IMG/VR virus record: IMGVR_UViG_3300001605_000032
Location: 48,779-68,778 of that record
Length of the DNA stretch: 20,000 nucleotides
Direction: 5' to 3' (one strand)
From: an uncultured virus (IMG/VR IMGVR_UViG_3300001605_000032)
Taxonomy: Duplodnaviria > Heunggongvirae > Uroviricota > Caudoviricetes
The translations under genes and the position numbers were made by a program. Shown here one piece after another: positions 1 to 7,854 of the stretch. Each line of letters starts with the position of its first letter. The stretch's first letter is position 1. The notes below the pieces were generated by a model. The model saw only the letters and a program-made list of their open reading frames with translations, made no database searches and was not told the origin of the DNA.

Positions 1-314
1 CCGGTTCCGCTTGTGCTCCAGCCCGTGGACGTGGTGCCGGTGGGTTCGAACAACACATACGGCTTCGTGGTCGTAGCGCTGCCGCCCGTGTACCACGTAC
101 CAGTCCCGGTGAACCCCGGTGCACTTACCGCACCATTGACGCTGATCGTCTGTGCCGCCGTCCACGTGTTGGCGAGGCCGAGAATGTAGGCAAGATACGT
201 CGTTCCAGCGTAGATGCTCGGCGTTGATGCAGACTGGCTATCCGCGCCGAACAGAAAGCCCCCGGATGGGAATGTCGCGTCCGGCGTTTCTGTCTTGAAA
301 TCAAAGTTTGCCAT
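1..314 (-). CDS. Virion structural/fibre-like protein, N-terminal part (runs off the window)
   Basis: Not in the ORF track. Manual translation from ATG 314 gives MANFDFKTETPDATFPSGGFLFGADSQSASTPSIYAGTTYLAYILGLANTWTAAQTISVNG..., open to the window edge. Thr/Gly/Ser-rich with an NTWTAAQT fibre-type motif. Confidence 0.7.
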   Translation of the reverse strand, partial: MANFDFKTETPDATFPSGGFLFGADSQSASTPSIYAGTTYLAYILGLANTWTAAQTISVNGAVSAPGFTGTGTWYTGGSATTTKPYVLFEPTGTTSTGWSTSGT

Positions 315-317
315 CGC

Positions 318-494
318 TTATTCCAGCCCCCACGTGAGGTTGAGCGTATCCCAAACCAAGAAATCGGCGCCCCAAAGCAGTTCCATCTCTGGGGATTCGC
401 TTGGTGCGATGTCGAGACCAGCACCGCCGATTGGCGTCTGGAACTGCAGCCCTTCGCCGAACGAAAGGCCGGTGTCGCTGTCGATCAGGCCCAT
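318..494 (-). CDS. Small hypothetical protein (58 aa)
   Basis: Manual translation MGLIDSDTGLSFGEGLQFQTPIGGAGLDIAPSESPEMELLWGADFLVWDTLNLTWGLE*. ATG overlaps the upstream stop (TGATG) and the ORF fills the gap between neighbours. Confidence 0.65.
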   Translation of the reverse strand: MGLIDSDTGLSFGEGLQFQTPIGGAGLDIAPSESPEMELLWGADFLVWDTLNLTWGLE

Positions 495-1456
495 CAGAGT
501 GGCACGTTAGCTGCCTGGATGATGGTCAGCTTGACTGAGCCAGATCCAGAGTTGAGCACGATGCGAACCACCTGCGGCGCGTAGGCGTAGTTGCCTTGTG
601 CGGTTCCTGTAGCAGCGACCAGCGAAGAGTCCGGATGGTTGACCCAATTCACGCTGGCAAGACCAACATCGTTGGGATCATCCAGCGACTGTTGAACCGT
701 GAAGTTGACGGTGCCCGTGACCGACACCTGCAAAGCAGTCGGTGCGAAGTTAAAGCGATCCATGAAGATCGGCCGCGATCCAGCAACGCCGTTTGTACCG
801 ATGGTGACGGTGCCAGCCGATGCGCCGGAAAGCTGAATGCTGGTGATCGTTGCAAAATCAAGCGTGCTCACAGCCGTTGCGCCGCTGGCGCCAGTGACGG
901 CCTGACTGATCGTGTTGTTGTTCCAGTCGGTGCCGTTGACGGTGAATGTGATGCCGGTGTCGTTGCCACCGGACGTGATCAGGATGCGGCGTGGCTCGTC
1001 GAGCGTGACCGTACCGTTAATGCCGACCGATACGTTGCCAGCAGCAGCACCAGATGCCGTCACCGACGTAACGGTGGAAAACAGCTTGGTGGTCGCGACG
1101 ATGCTCGTATTGGAGCCAGTCACAACCTCGCTCTGATATGCGCCGCCGTAGCCGTTCGGGCCATAAATCATACCGGCGATCGTGAACGTGATGCCGCTGT
1201 CGTTTCCAGCACTGGTGATGGTCACGGACGATGGCACGCCGCACTGGCCGATGCCGCCGTTGACGTTCGCGCCGCTGAGCGTTAGCGCGCCAGCGCCACC
1301 AACCGCTTGCGCGAGAGCGATAGCATCAGCATCAAAGCCGCTCGAATAGGCGCCATTCAGGGCCAAGCAGAACGCACCGGGACACGTCTGACTCGTCGCG
1401 ACGATATCGGCGTCCGCGCCTGCTAGCGGGCCGACCGTGACGATCATTGGCTGCAT
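494..1456 (-). CDS. Putative virion structural protein with an internally duplicated beta-rich domain (320 aa)
   Basis: GGAG RBS upstream; T/G/S/V-rich; duplicated ITSxGNDxGITFTxxG segment; located after the capsid genes. Confidence 0.75.
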   Translation of the reverse strand: MQPMIVTVGPLAGADADIVATSQTCPGAFCLALNGAYSSGFDADAIALAQAVGGAGALTLSGANVNGGIGQCGVPSSVTITSAGNDSGITFTIAGMIYGPNGYGGAYQSEVVTGSNTSIVATTKLFSTVTSVTASGAAAGNVSVGINGTVTLDEPRRILITSGGNDTGITFTVNGTDWNNNTISQAVTGASGATAVSTLDFATITSIQLSGASAGTVTIGTNGVAGSRPIFMDRFNFAPTALQVSVTGTVNFTVQQSLDDPNDVGLASVNWVNHPDSSLVAATGTAQGNYAYAPQVVRIVLNSGSGSVKLTIIQAANVPL

Positions 1457-1478
1457 GTGGAGTTCTCCGGTGTGCTCG

Positions 1479-1514
1479 AAAAGGAAACGCGCGGCCCGAC
1501 TGGGGACCGCGCGT
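1479..1514 (-). terminator. Rho-independent terminator-like hairpin
   Basis: Minus-strand RNA ACGCGCGGUCC-CCAGUC-GGGCCGCGCGU followed by UUCCUUUU; intergenic. Confidence 0.55.
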
Positions 1515-1525
1515 CGTTCGTGTCA

Positions 1526-1560
1526 GTGCCAACTTGTAAGGAATTCTTACAAGTTAGCAC
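1526..1560. repeat. AT-rich inverted repeat with 15-bp arms
   Basis: GTGCCAACTTGTAAG-GAATT-CTTACAAGTTAGCAC; the single mismatch is a U-G wobble on the minus strand. Confidence 0.85.
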
Positions 1561-1805
1561 TTGCCCGCACTGGTGATCGGATGCTTCGACGAGCTGGCGG
1601 ACAGCGGGCTCTTGTCAGCGCCAACCCGACCGCCTCGTGCCCTATCGAGGCGCTTCTTGGCCATCCCGCCGGGGATCATGCCAACCGTTTTGCTCTTGGC
1701 CTCGGCCTCAACATCCTTGTTGCCGCCGGCCTCGGCAGGCATGGGATCTTTGGCAACAACGCCGCCGCCCATTGCCTTCTTCGACGCCTTGTGACGATGC
1801 TTCAT
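1554..1805 (-). CDS. Small basic protein with (K/R)AxGG motifs (83 aa), possibly an internal head protein
   Basis: AAAGGG RBS; K/R-rich; motifs KAMGGGV and RARGGRV; shares GGMAKxRxDR with ORF 7338..7838. Confidence 0.7.
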   Translation of the reverse strand: MKHRHKASKKAMGGGVVAKDPMPAEAGGNKDVEAEAKSKTVGMIPGGMAKKRLDRARGGRVGADKSPLSASSSKHPITSAGKC

Positions 1806-1846
1806 GGGTCTACCCTTTCGATTGTGGTGTTACGCTCGATCACGCA

Positions 1847-2830
1847 TCACGTCGCATCGGCATTGGCCATCATGCCGCTGGTATCGCCATTCGGAACAGG
1901 CCCGGAGATCTTCACCGTTGACGTATCCGCCGCCGTCCAATCCGTGCATCCCGCAGCAGAGCAATTATCCATCAGGACAAAGCCGCCTTGAGATGCATGG
2001 TAGCCGACCACCGCCGCCAGAGCCGAAGATCCGAAGTTGGTGATTAGGCAGTTCTTGAGCCACACAAACCGATCGATCGACCCTGACGCTGCCGCATCCA
2101 CGACAAGCGGCGATGTCGCCGTGGCGTAGACAGGGAACAGGCAGTCCTGGAAGATGTTGCGGGTTGCGGCAGACCGCAGCTTGACGCTGGCGTTGGCGGC
2201 AGACCGGGACGCGGTATCGACACCGATCTGACATCCGACGAACGTGTTCTCGCTGCCGCCGTTGAGGTAGAGCACATACGATCCGGCGCGACCTGCACCG
2301 TTCGCGGAACCCATACCCTGGAAGCCGACGTTGTAGAACGCATTGCGCTGGCCGGTGATCTGGCACAGTTGCTCGTCGGTGGATGCCTCGCCGACGCCCT
2401 GGAAAATCGAGAAGTTTGCAAAGTAGCAGCCCTGGGCCGACACCTTGAAAAGATCTGCGATGTTTGCCGTTGCGCCGGTTGCCGTCGAGATGCGAGCGCG
2501 CTGCCCGATCATCGTCGGCGCCGTCATGCCAACCATGTGCGTTGCCGACTTTGCCCAATCAAGTTGGGCGGAAAGCCGGAACGTGCCAGTGGTCGGTGCT
2601 GCGGTGGTGGGAGCCGATACCAGAACCACCACGTCGTTGTTGCCCTCGGTGCAGAGAGCATAAGCACGCGTGATGGTCTTGAGCGGATCTTCCGCGCCAC
2701 CCGTGTTGCCGTCAGATCCGCGAACGGCATCGACGAAGTACCATGAGCCAGTGAACGGGATGCCAGACAGCGAGCCCACGAGGGGCACGCCGAAGGACGT
2801 CAACCCGTCCGGAAAATTGGTATAGCTCAC
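1847..2830 (-). CDS. Right-handed beta-helix (pectin-lyase-fold) virion protein, probably a head fibre/spike
   Basis: YFVDAVRGSDGNTG...PLKTITRA cap motif typical of beta-helix proteins; repeated N-x-F-x-x-C rungs; GTG start with AAAGGG RBS; directly after the capsid gene. Confidence 0.75.
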   Translation of the reverse strand: MSYTNFPDGLTSFGVPLVGSLSGIPFTGSWYFVDAVRGSDGNTGGAEDPLKTITRAYALCTEGNNDVVVLVSAPTTAAPTTGTFRLSAQLDWAKSATHMVGMTAPTMIGQRARISTATGATANIADLFKVSAQGCYFANFSIFQGVGEASTDEQLCQITGQRNAFYNVGFQGMGSANGAGRAGSYVLYLNGGSENTFVGCQIGVDTASRSAANASVKLRSAATRNIFQDCLFPVYATATSPLVVDAAASGSIDRFVWLKNCLITNFGSSALAAVVGYHASQGGFVLMDNCSAAGCTDWTAADTSTVKISGPVPNGDTSGMMANADAT

Positions 2831-2866
2831 AAGCTTACCCTTTCTTTTTGAGTGGGTTGACGAGGA

Positions 2867-3778
2867 TCAGGACGACGGGAACGAACCCCAAACCGCGCGC
2901 GGATCGTTGTTGAAGAATCCGCCGCGCTGGTACGCCTTGACGAGCAGGTTGTCGGTGATGTTGTCCACCCACATATCCGTCTCGTACGGAACGCGCTCGA
3001 TGTGGATAAACCCATCGATGGTGGTGTCGAGGAACCACGCGCGCGAGTTGGTGAGGTAGTCCCATGCGATGTACTGCGTGAGGCCGCCGGACAGCGACAG
3101 CACGGCGTTCACATCGTTGTTGGCCGTACCTGGGCGAAGCTCGGACTTGAGCAGGCGGATCGCCACCTTCTCAAGCTCCAGCGGCACGATCAGACGCTCG
3201 GCGCGGGCGTAGACCTTCAGGCCGGCCTCGTCCACGAAGTCTCTTCGAACAGCGGTCATGCCGTCGAGAAGCGAGCCCTCGTTAAGATCAAGATCGGTCG
3301 TCGGGCGATTGGCCCAAGTGCCACCATCGTAGGGATGGTCGGTGGCGCAGAGCGCCTTGCCGTCACCGCCAACGTTGGTGTCGTAGGTCGTGGCATTGTT
3401 GAAAATGCCAGCAGCCTCGCGCTCCCAGAACTGGTTGAACGACTTGCTGAGGCCAAGAGCGGTCGGCTTGAACTCGCTCTTGTAAAGGTTGTCGTCGATC
3501 GCCTTGCGGGTGATGGCGTAGCCAAGACCCACCTCGACCGGCTCCATATTGTAGACCCAGCGCTCGCCAGCGTTGTTGTCGAACTGCGTGGCGCCGCCTT
3601 CCGTCTTCAGTTCGGGAAGCGACATGTAGCGAGCCTGTACGCTGCGCTCGATCTGCATGTTGCTTTTACGCTTGCTGAAGATCTTCGAGTAGAAGTTCGG
3701 AAGATCCTTGTACTCTCCCGTGATCTCCATGAGACCGGGGAGCAGCAGGTCACGAATCTGACCAAGTGCAATAGCCAT
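2867..3778 (-). CDS. Major capsid protein (Mu gpT-like, HK97 fold), 303 aa
   Basis: Motifs LLLPGL, GLGYAITRKAIDDNLY, GGDGKALCATDHP, LIVPLELE and DPRAVWGS; strong AAGGAG RBS; position after scaffold and decoration genes. Confidence 0.9.
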   Translation of the reverse strand: MAIALGQIRDLLLPGLMEITGEYKDLPNFYSKIFSKRKSNMQIERSVQARYMSLPELKTEGGATQFDNNAGERWVYNMEPVEVGLGYAITRKAIDDNLYKSEFKPTALGLSKSFNQFWEREAAGIFNNATTYDTNVGGDGKALCATDHPYDGGTWANRPTTDLDLNEGSLLDGMTAVRRDFVDEAGLKVYARAERLIVPLELEKVAIRLLKSELRPGTANNDVNAVLSLSGGLTQYIAWDYLTNSRAWFLDTTIDGFIHIERVPYETDMWVDNITDNLLVKAYQRGGFFNNDPRAVWGSFPSS

Positions 3779-3804
3779 TTAGATTTCTCCTTGGTTCAGA
3801 GCCG

Positions 3805-4407
3805 TTAGATGCCGGTAGAGCCAGCACCGGACACGTTGGCTGCGACGATCGCCCAGTTGTACGAGGCGGCCTCCGAGCCAGGCGCACCAGCCGCCGCGAT
3901 GTCCGAGTACAGACCGACGATGCGGAACGGCAGCGTTGCGTTCGTGCCGAGCGTGCCTTGGTCGATGCTCGCGCCGGAGAAGCAACCACCAACGGTGCTG
4001 CCGGTGCCGATCGCGACATCGACGTTTGCACCGACATCGCCCTGAGTGATCGCCGTGCCAGACGACTGCACCAGGAACGTCGGCGCAGGGCTGAGAACGC
4101 ACGGGATCAGATAGGCCGTGATGTCGCCGGACGCGTTGGCGCCGGGCCAGAACGGCGAGTTCACGACACGACCAACCGACGTGTTGTAGTATTTGCAGCT
4201 GTGGAAGATGCCCCAAAGCTGAGACACCGCCGTCGATGCCGTCCACTGGTCGATGTAGCCAGTGTTCAGGATTTTGACAGGATCTTGATGGTAGATTGCA
4301 GTCGTGTTGTTCGACGCGATCTTCGCGGGGATCAGCTCGAAGTTCGGAGCCACACCGCCGCGAAGGCCAATCAGCTTGAACCCGAAGGGGCTGTTGCTGT
4401 TTGCCAT
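3805..4407 (-). CDS. Putative capsid decoration/cement protein (200 aa)
   Basis: Best start is ATG 4407 (MANSNSPFGFKLIG) with AAGGGA upstream. MANxxxPFG start and TLPFRIVGL motif resemble proteins encoded just before this capsid type. Confidence 0.7.
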   Translation of the reverse strand: MANSNSPFGFKLIGLRGGVAPNFELIPAKIASNNTTAIYHQDPVKILNTGYIDQWTASTAVSQLWGIFHSCKYYNTSVGRVVNSPFWPGANASGDITAYLIPCVLSPAPTFLVQSSGTAITQGDVGANVDVAIGTGSTVGGCFSGASIDQGTLGTNATLPFRIVGLYSDIAAAGAPGSEAASYNWAIVAANVSGAGSTGI

Positions 4408-4505
4408 GAGGGTTTTCCCTTTGGTGAAAAGGCTCTGACCCGAACGCTTGTCGGAGACGAGGCCAGCGAGTGACCCGGCAGCACGCCGGCATGAGCGAAC
4501 GCACA

Positions 4506-4533
4506 ACAAAAAAGGCCGGCAAAGCCGACCCTT
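4506..4533 (-). terminator. Rho-independent terminator upstream of the decoration/capsid genes
   Basis: Minus-strand RNA GGUCGGC-UUU-GCCGGCC followed by UUUUUUGUUG. Confidence 0.75.
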
Positions 4534-4560
4534 CAAAAACGCGGAACGTGTTGGTTGACG

Positions 4561-5127
4561 CTAGCCGTCGATGTCGACGGAGCGCGAATAGGTGGGACGC
4601 AACGACGGATCGGTTGCCTCGGGACGACCACGCCGCGCGCCAAAGTTTGCGCTGCCGGCGATCTCGTCGTCAAAGTAGCCGGGACGAACAGCGTCGTTGC
4701 GTGGGCGCTTCTGCTTGTGCTTCTCAGCCATCGCAGCTCTGCGCTCCTCGATGCGTGCCTGATGTACGAACGGCTCAGGGCACTCCATCAGAACAAGACC
4801 TTCCAGCCGTATCGGACGATCCGGGTGACGATCCGCCGGAACCTCGCGCCAGCCGTTACGCTTGAGTGCTGCGATGTTGGCCAGATCGGGCTCGCCCAGC
4901 ATGGCCTCGCGGCGCCAAGCGTACACCATCCCATCAGGCACGATGTCCCGTGGAATGTGATAGGGCGAGTCGTTCGCCGGCAGCGGATCGCGGACAAGCA
5001 CCTCACCCGTGAGTGGATGCGTGAACGTCATCGCACCTGGACGCGCAGCAACACGATCCGGCTCGCGCTCAGCTACCGGCTCACGAGCCTTCTGCCGCGC
5101 GGGCGTTTTGATTGAACCATCGGCCAT
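4561..5127 (-). CDS. Head-module protein of unknown function (188 aa)
   Basis: GGGGAAA RBS; PxGxxYxWxR...GExDxxN...GWxxV...GLxLMxxP motif; lies between scaffold and decoration genes; paralog at 14122..14664. Confidence 0.8.
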   Translation of the reverse strand: MADGSIKTPARQKAREPVAEREPDRVAARPGAMTFTHPLTGEVLVRDPLPANDSPYHIPRDIVPDGMVYAWRREAMLGEPDLANIAALKRNGWREVPADRHPDRPIRLEGLVLMECPEPFVHQARIEERRAAMAEKHKQKRPRNDAVRPGYFDDEIAGSANFGARRGRPEATDPSLRPTYSRSVDIDG

Positions 5128-5138
5128 GAGTTTTCCCC

Positions 5139-6194
5139 TTAAACGCGGTTGAGCCGGCCTTCTTGCTCGGCTTTGAGAAGCTGCTTGGCGTAGGCCGAAG
5201 GCGACATGCCCATGTGCTCGGCCATTTCTGCCTGCTCGCGTGTCAGCTTGATCTGCATGCGGCCATCGGCGCGGCGCGTGACGATCGAACTATCGCGCGA
5301 GACCGGAGCGGCCACACGCGGCGGTGCGGTTGCCTTTGGTGCAGCCTTGGCAGCGGTATCGACCACCACGTCATCCGCTGCCGCGTCGGCTGCCTTCCTG
5401 GTATCGACCACCACGTCGTCTGATCCTTCGCCAGAGAAACCCATCGCTGCGTCGAGCTTGTCGTAGTAGGCATCAGAACCATCGGCGACGCCGCCCTTGA
5501 TGATCTCGTAGTGGGCAGCCAACGCCTTGTGATAGAGCGCTGGGTTGTTGACCGGCGCGCACTCGGGATGCGACCGAAACCACGATTGAGCACGCGGCGG
5601 CATCTGGCTCTGCTCAAGGAACCGATCAAGCGGATCGCCTGACGCCTCGACCTTGGGCGGCTCGGCCTTTGCTGCTGTCTCCGCCTGCGTCTTGGCCTCG
5701 CGAACGCGGCCTTCCAAAGCTGCCTTGCCATCGCTCAACTGCGCAATGCGAGCGGCGGCCTCGGCCATCTTGGACGAGACTTCGGACACCTTCTCGTAAT
5801 CGCCGGCTTCCAGCGCCGCACGATGCGCGGTCTTCAGCGATTCCGCTTCGGACGTCGCCTTGTTCAGAGCGTTGGCGACCGCGTGAAAATCACTTTCGGC
5901 CGCTCTGGCTGCATTGATCGCGGCGCTCGTGCCACGCTCGTGTGCCAGCTTCTCAGCTTCGATACGCTTCGCACGCTCAGCCTGAACTCTGCTCTCAGCC
6001 TCAACGACGCGACGCATCAGGTCATCGCCGGCCTTGGCTGGTGCGGCTTCGCTTTTGGCAGGCGTCGCGGCTTCCGCCTTGGCCGTCGCTGGCGCTTTGG
6101 CGGCTTTGGGAGCGGCGAGACCGTATGCAGCCTCAAGCTCCTGGACCTCTGTTTCCGAGAGATCGATGACGTATTCATCATCCATGGTCATCAC
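5139..6194 (-). CDS. Putative capsid scaffolding protein (~350 aa)
   Basis: Ala/Glu/Lys-rich coiled coil; C-terminal KLTREQAEMAEHMGMSPSAYAKQL helix-loop-helix typical of scaffold capsid-binding tails; position before the capsid gene. Confidence 0.75.
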   Translation of the reverse strand: MMTMDDEYVIDLSETEVQELEAAYGLAAPKAAKAPATAKAEAATPAKSEAAPAKAGDDLMRRVVEAESRVQAERAKRIEAEKLAHERGTSAAINAARAAESDFHAVANALNKATSEAESLKTAHRAALEAGDYEKVSEVSSKMAEAAARIAQLSDGKAALEGRVREAKTQAETAAKAEPPKVEASGDPLDRFLEQSQMPPRAQSWFRSHPECAPVNNPALYHKALAAHYEIIKGGVADGSDAYYDKLDAAMGFSGEGSDDVVVDTRKAADAAADDVVVDTAAKAAPKATAPPRVAAPVSRDSSIVTRRADGRMQIKLTREQAEMAEHMGMSPSAYAKQLLKAEQEGRLNRV

Positions 6195-6616
6195 CAGATC
6201 GACGTTGGGTCACTGACAGCGCCGCGAATGAGCGACGAACGGATGAGGCGGCAGGACACGCCGTTGATCGACATCTCCCATGCGTCGGAAGGACGATAGA
6301 TGACCCAGTCGCCGACCTCCGGCTTATCGCCTTCCCATGCGAACTGGCCGGACTTGTCGAAGCGGAACGCCGTGCATCCCACCTTCAGCAGCAACCCAAC
6401 CTTGCCCTGAAACCTATCCTCCTGCTTGGCATTGTCGGTCAGGAAGATGCCGCCCTTGGTGCGCTCTGGACGGATGTAGGTTGCGATCAGAACGTCATCC
6501 TCGAACACCCGATAGGCGTCGATGTTCTGCTTGCCGATGGTTTCGAGTAGTGCCTTCCGTGGATCATCCGACTGGCTTAGTCGGTTGATCGACAGGGACA
6601 TCGCCGCATTGCTCAT
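6191..6616 (-). CDS. groES: Phage-encoded GroES-family co-chaperonin (141 aa)
   Basis: Mobile-loop motif ERTKGGIFL, then GLLLKVG and EVGDWVIY; GGAG RBS. Confidence 0.85.
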   Translation of the reverse strand: MSNAAMSLSINRLSQSDDPRKALLETIGKQNIDAYRVFEDDVLIATYIRPERTKGGIFLTDNAKQEDRFQGKVGLLLKVGCTAFRFDKSGQFAWEGDKPEVGDWVIYRPSDAWEMSINGVSCRLIRSSLIRGAVSDPTSIW

Positions 6617-6691
6617 GCGTGTATCTCCAATGGTTGTCGATCGCCTTAGCCGGCATGGCCAAGGCGTGTGGAACGCTCACTGCAATAGGGA

Positions 6692-6904
6692 TCAATGAAC
6701 GGACAGTTCGCCGCCGACGACATCGCGCGGATCGACGGGAACCGCCGTGGACTGCAAGTGCCAGCCATCGGCCGTCTGACGCATAACCCACACCGACAGC
6801 ATCATCGTCTGTGCATCGTAGCAACGCACGACGACGTTGCCGTCGTTGGCACACTCGACGAGTACATGATCGAGATTGAGCGTCACCGACGCGGCGTCCG
6901 TCAT
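6692..6904 (-). CDS. Hypothetical protein (70 aa)
   Basis: ATG 6904 overlaps the upstream stop (ATGA); MTDAASVTLNLDHVLVECANDG... Confidence 0.55.
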   Translation of the reverse strand: MTDAASVTLNLDHVLVECANDGNVVVRCYDAQTMMLSVWVMRQTADGWHLQSTAVPVDPRDVVGGELSVH

Positions 6905-7125
6905 GTCGAACTCGCCGTCTGGTCGGGACGATCTGGATCGTCGCTTTCTGCGATTTCCTTGCACCAGTCCCTCACATGATCCAGCGCCTGAAGGTATCCG
7001 CACTGCGCTTGATAGTCGGCGTAGTCCTTGGCCAAGCCGCGCGCGACGATCTCGACCTTTGCTTCTGCCTCATCTTTGACGCGAGACAGAAGCCGGCGCA
7101 CGAATACGCGATCAACGGGATGCAC
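6901..7125 (-). CDS. Small helical phage protein (74 aa)
   Basis: GAGGA RBS; GxAKDYADYxxxCGxxxxL motif I recognise from genes between portal and GroES in similar phages. Confidence 0.7.
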   Translation of the reverse strand: MHPVDRVFVRRLLSRVKDEAEAKVEIVARGLAKDYADYQAQCGYLQALDHVRDWCKEIAESDDPDRPDQTASST

Positions 7126-7134
7126 GGTAAGTCC

Positions 7135-7332
7135 TCAATCGGGAACAAGCGCGCTGGCTTGTTTTTCAGCCGACGCGTTCGGGTCCATAAACTCAAAATA
7201 TCGGGCGGCGCTTCTACACCATTCGGCGACAGTCGAGTGGGGAACACCAGCATCTATTGCCACATAGCCAGCGTCGACAATCGACTTCTTTAGATCTTGC
7301 GACCGGCCGGTTGCTTCTTCATCGGGTGTCAT
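7135..7332 (-). CDS. Hypothetical protein (65 aa)
   Basis: Fills the gap between co-directional neighbours with 5-9 bp spacing. Confidence 0.55.
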   Translation of the reverse strand: MTPDEEATGRSQDLKKSIVDAGYVAIDAGVPHSTVAEWCRSAARYFEFMDPNASAEKQASALVPD

Positions 7333-7337
7333 ATTGA

Positions 7338-7838
7338 TCAGCCCTTCCGCTTCTGGATGGCCTCTTTCTCAAGGCGTCCTTCGCCTGACCCTGCACCGGC
7401 CGTCATGCCGAGCCTGCCACCGGCTGCCCTCATGGGCATGGGAGGCCCACCAGGGCCACCGGGACCGCCTGGACCCATGCCAGGGGGTGGCATAGGTGGC
7501 ATCGGCGGGGGTGCCATGGCCGGCGGGGGAGCGGGCGGCTTTGGCATCGGCGGCAGTTCGCCCAGACCAGCACCGGGAGGCGGCGACGGATCTTTGTTGG
7601 CCACGACGATGTTGACCGTCGTGCCGCCCTTCTTGTCCTTCTTCTTGCCGCCCTTGCGATCCATGCGCGGCTTGGCCATACCGCCTTCGATCGCGCCACC
7701 TGCCGCGCGATGCTTGACGCCGTGCAAGCGGGACTCGTGGCTCTCGATCATCTTGCGATCTTCAGCCTTGTCCTCGCGGCCGAACGATTTGAGCTTGGCG
7801 TCAAGAGACCGTTCGATCTGTGCCTTCAGGTCTTTCAT
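7338..7838 (-). CDS. Basic Pro/Gly-rich protein with RAAGG motifs (166 aa)
   Basis: AGGAG RBS; RAAGG twice; poly-Pro tract; C-terminal MTAGAGSGEGRLEK. Confidence 0.75.
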   Translation of the reverse strand: MKDLKAQIERSLDAKLKSFGREDKAEDRKMIESHESRLHGVKHRAAGGAIEGGMAKPRMDRKGGKKKDKKGGTTVNIVVANKDPSPPPGAGLGELPPMPKPPAPPPAMAPPPMPPMPPPGMGPGGPGGPGGPPMPMRAAGGRLGMTAGAGSGEGRLEKEAIQKRKG

Positions 7839-7854
7839 GTGAAACAGTCTCCTG

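Noticed and set aside
3779..4536. Alternative-frame ORF 3779..4522 and the N-terminal extension of 3805..4536
   Set aside because: Both span an intrinsic terminator; ATG 4407 has an RBS and a family-typical start.
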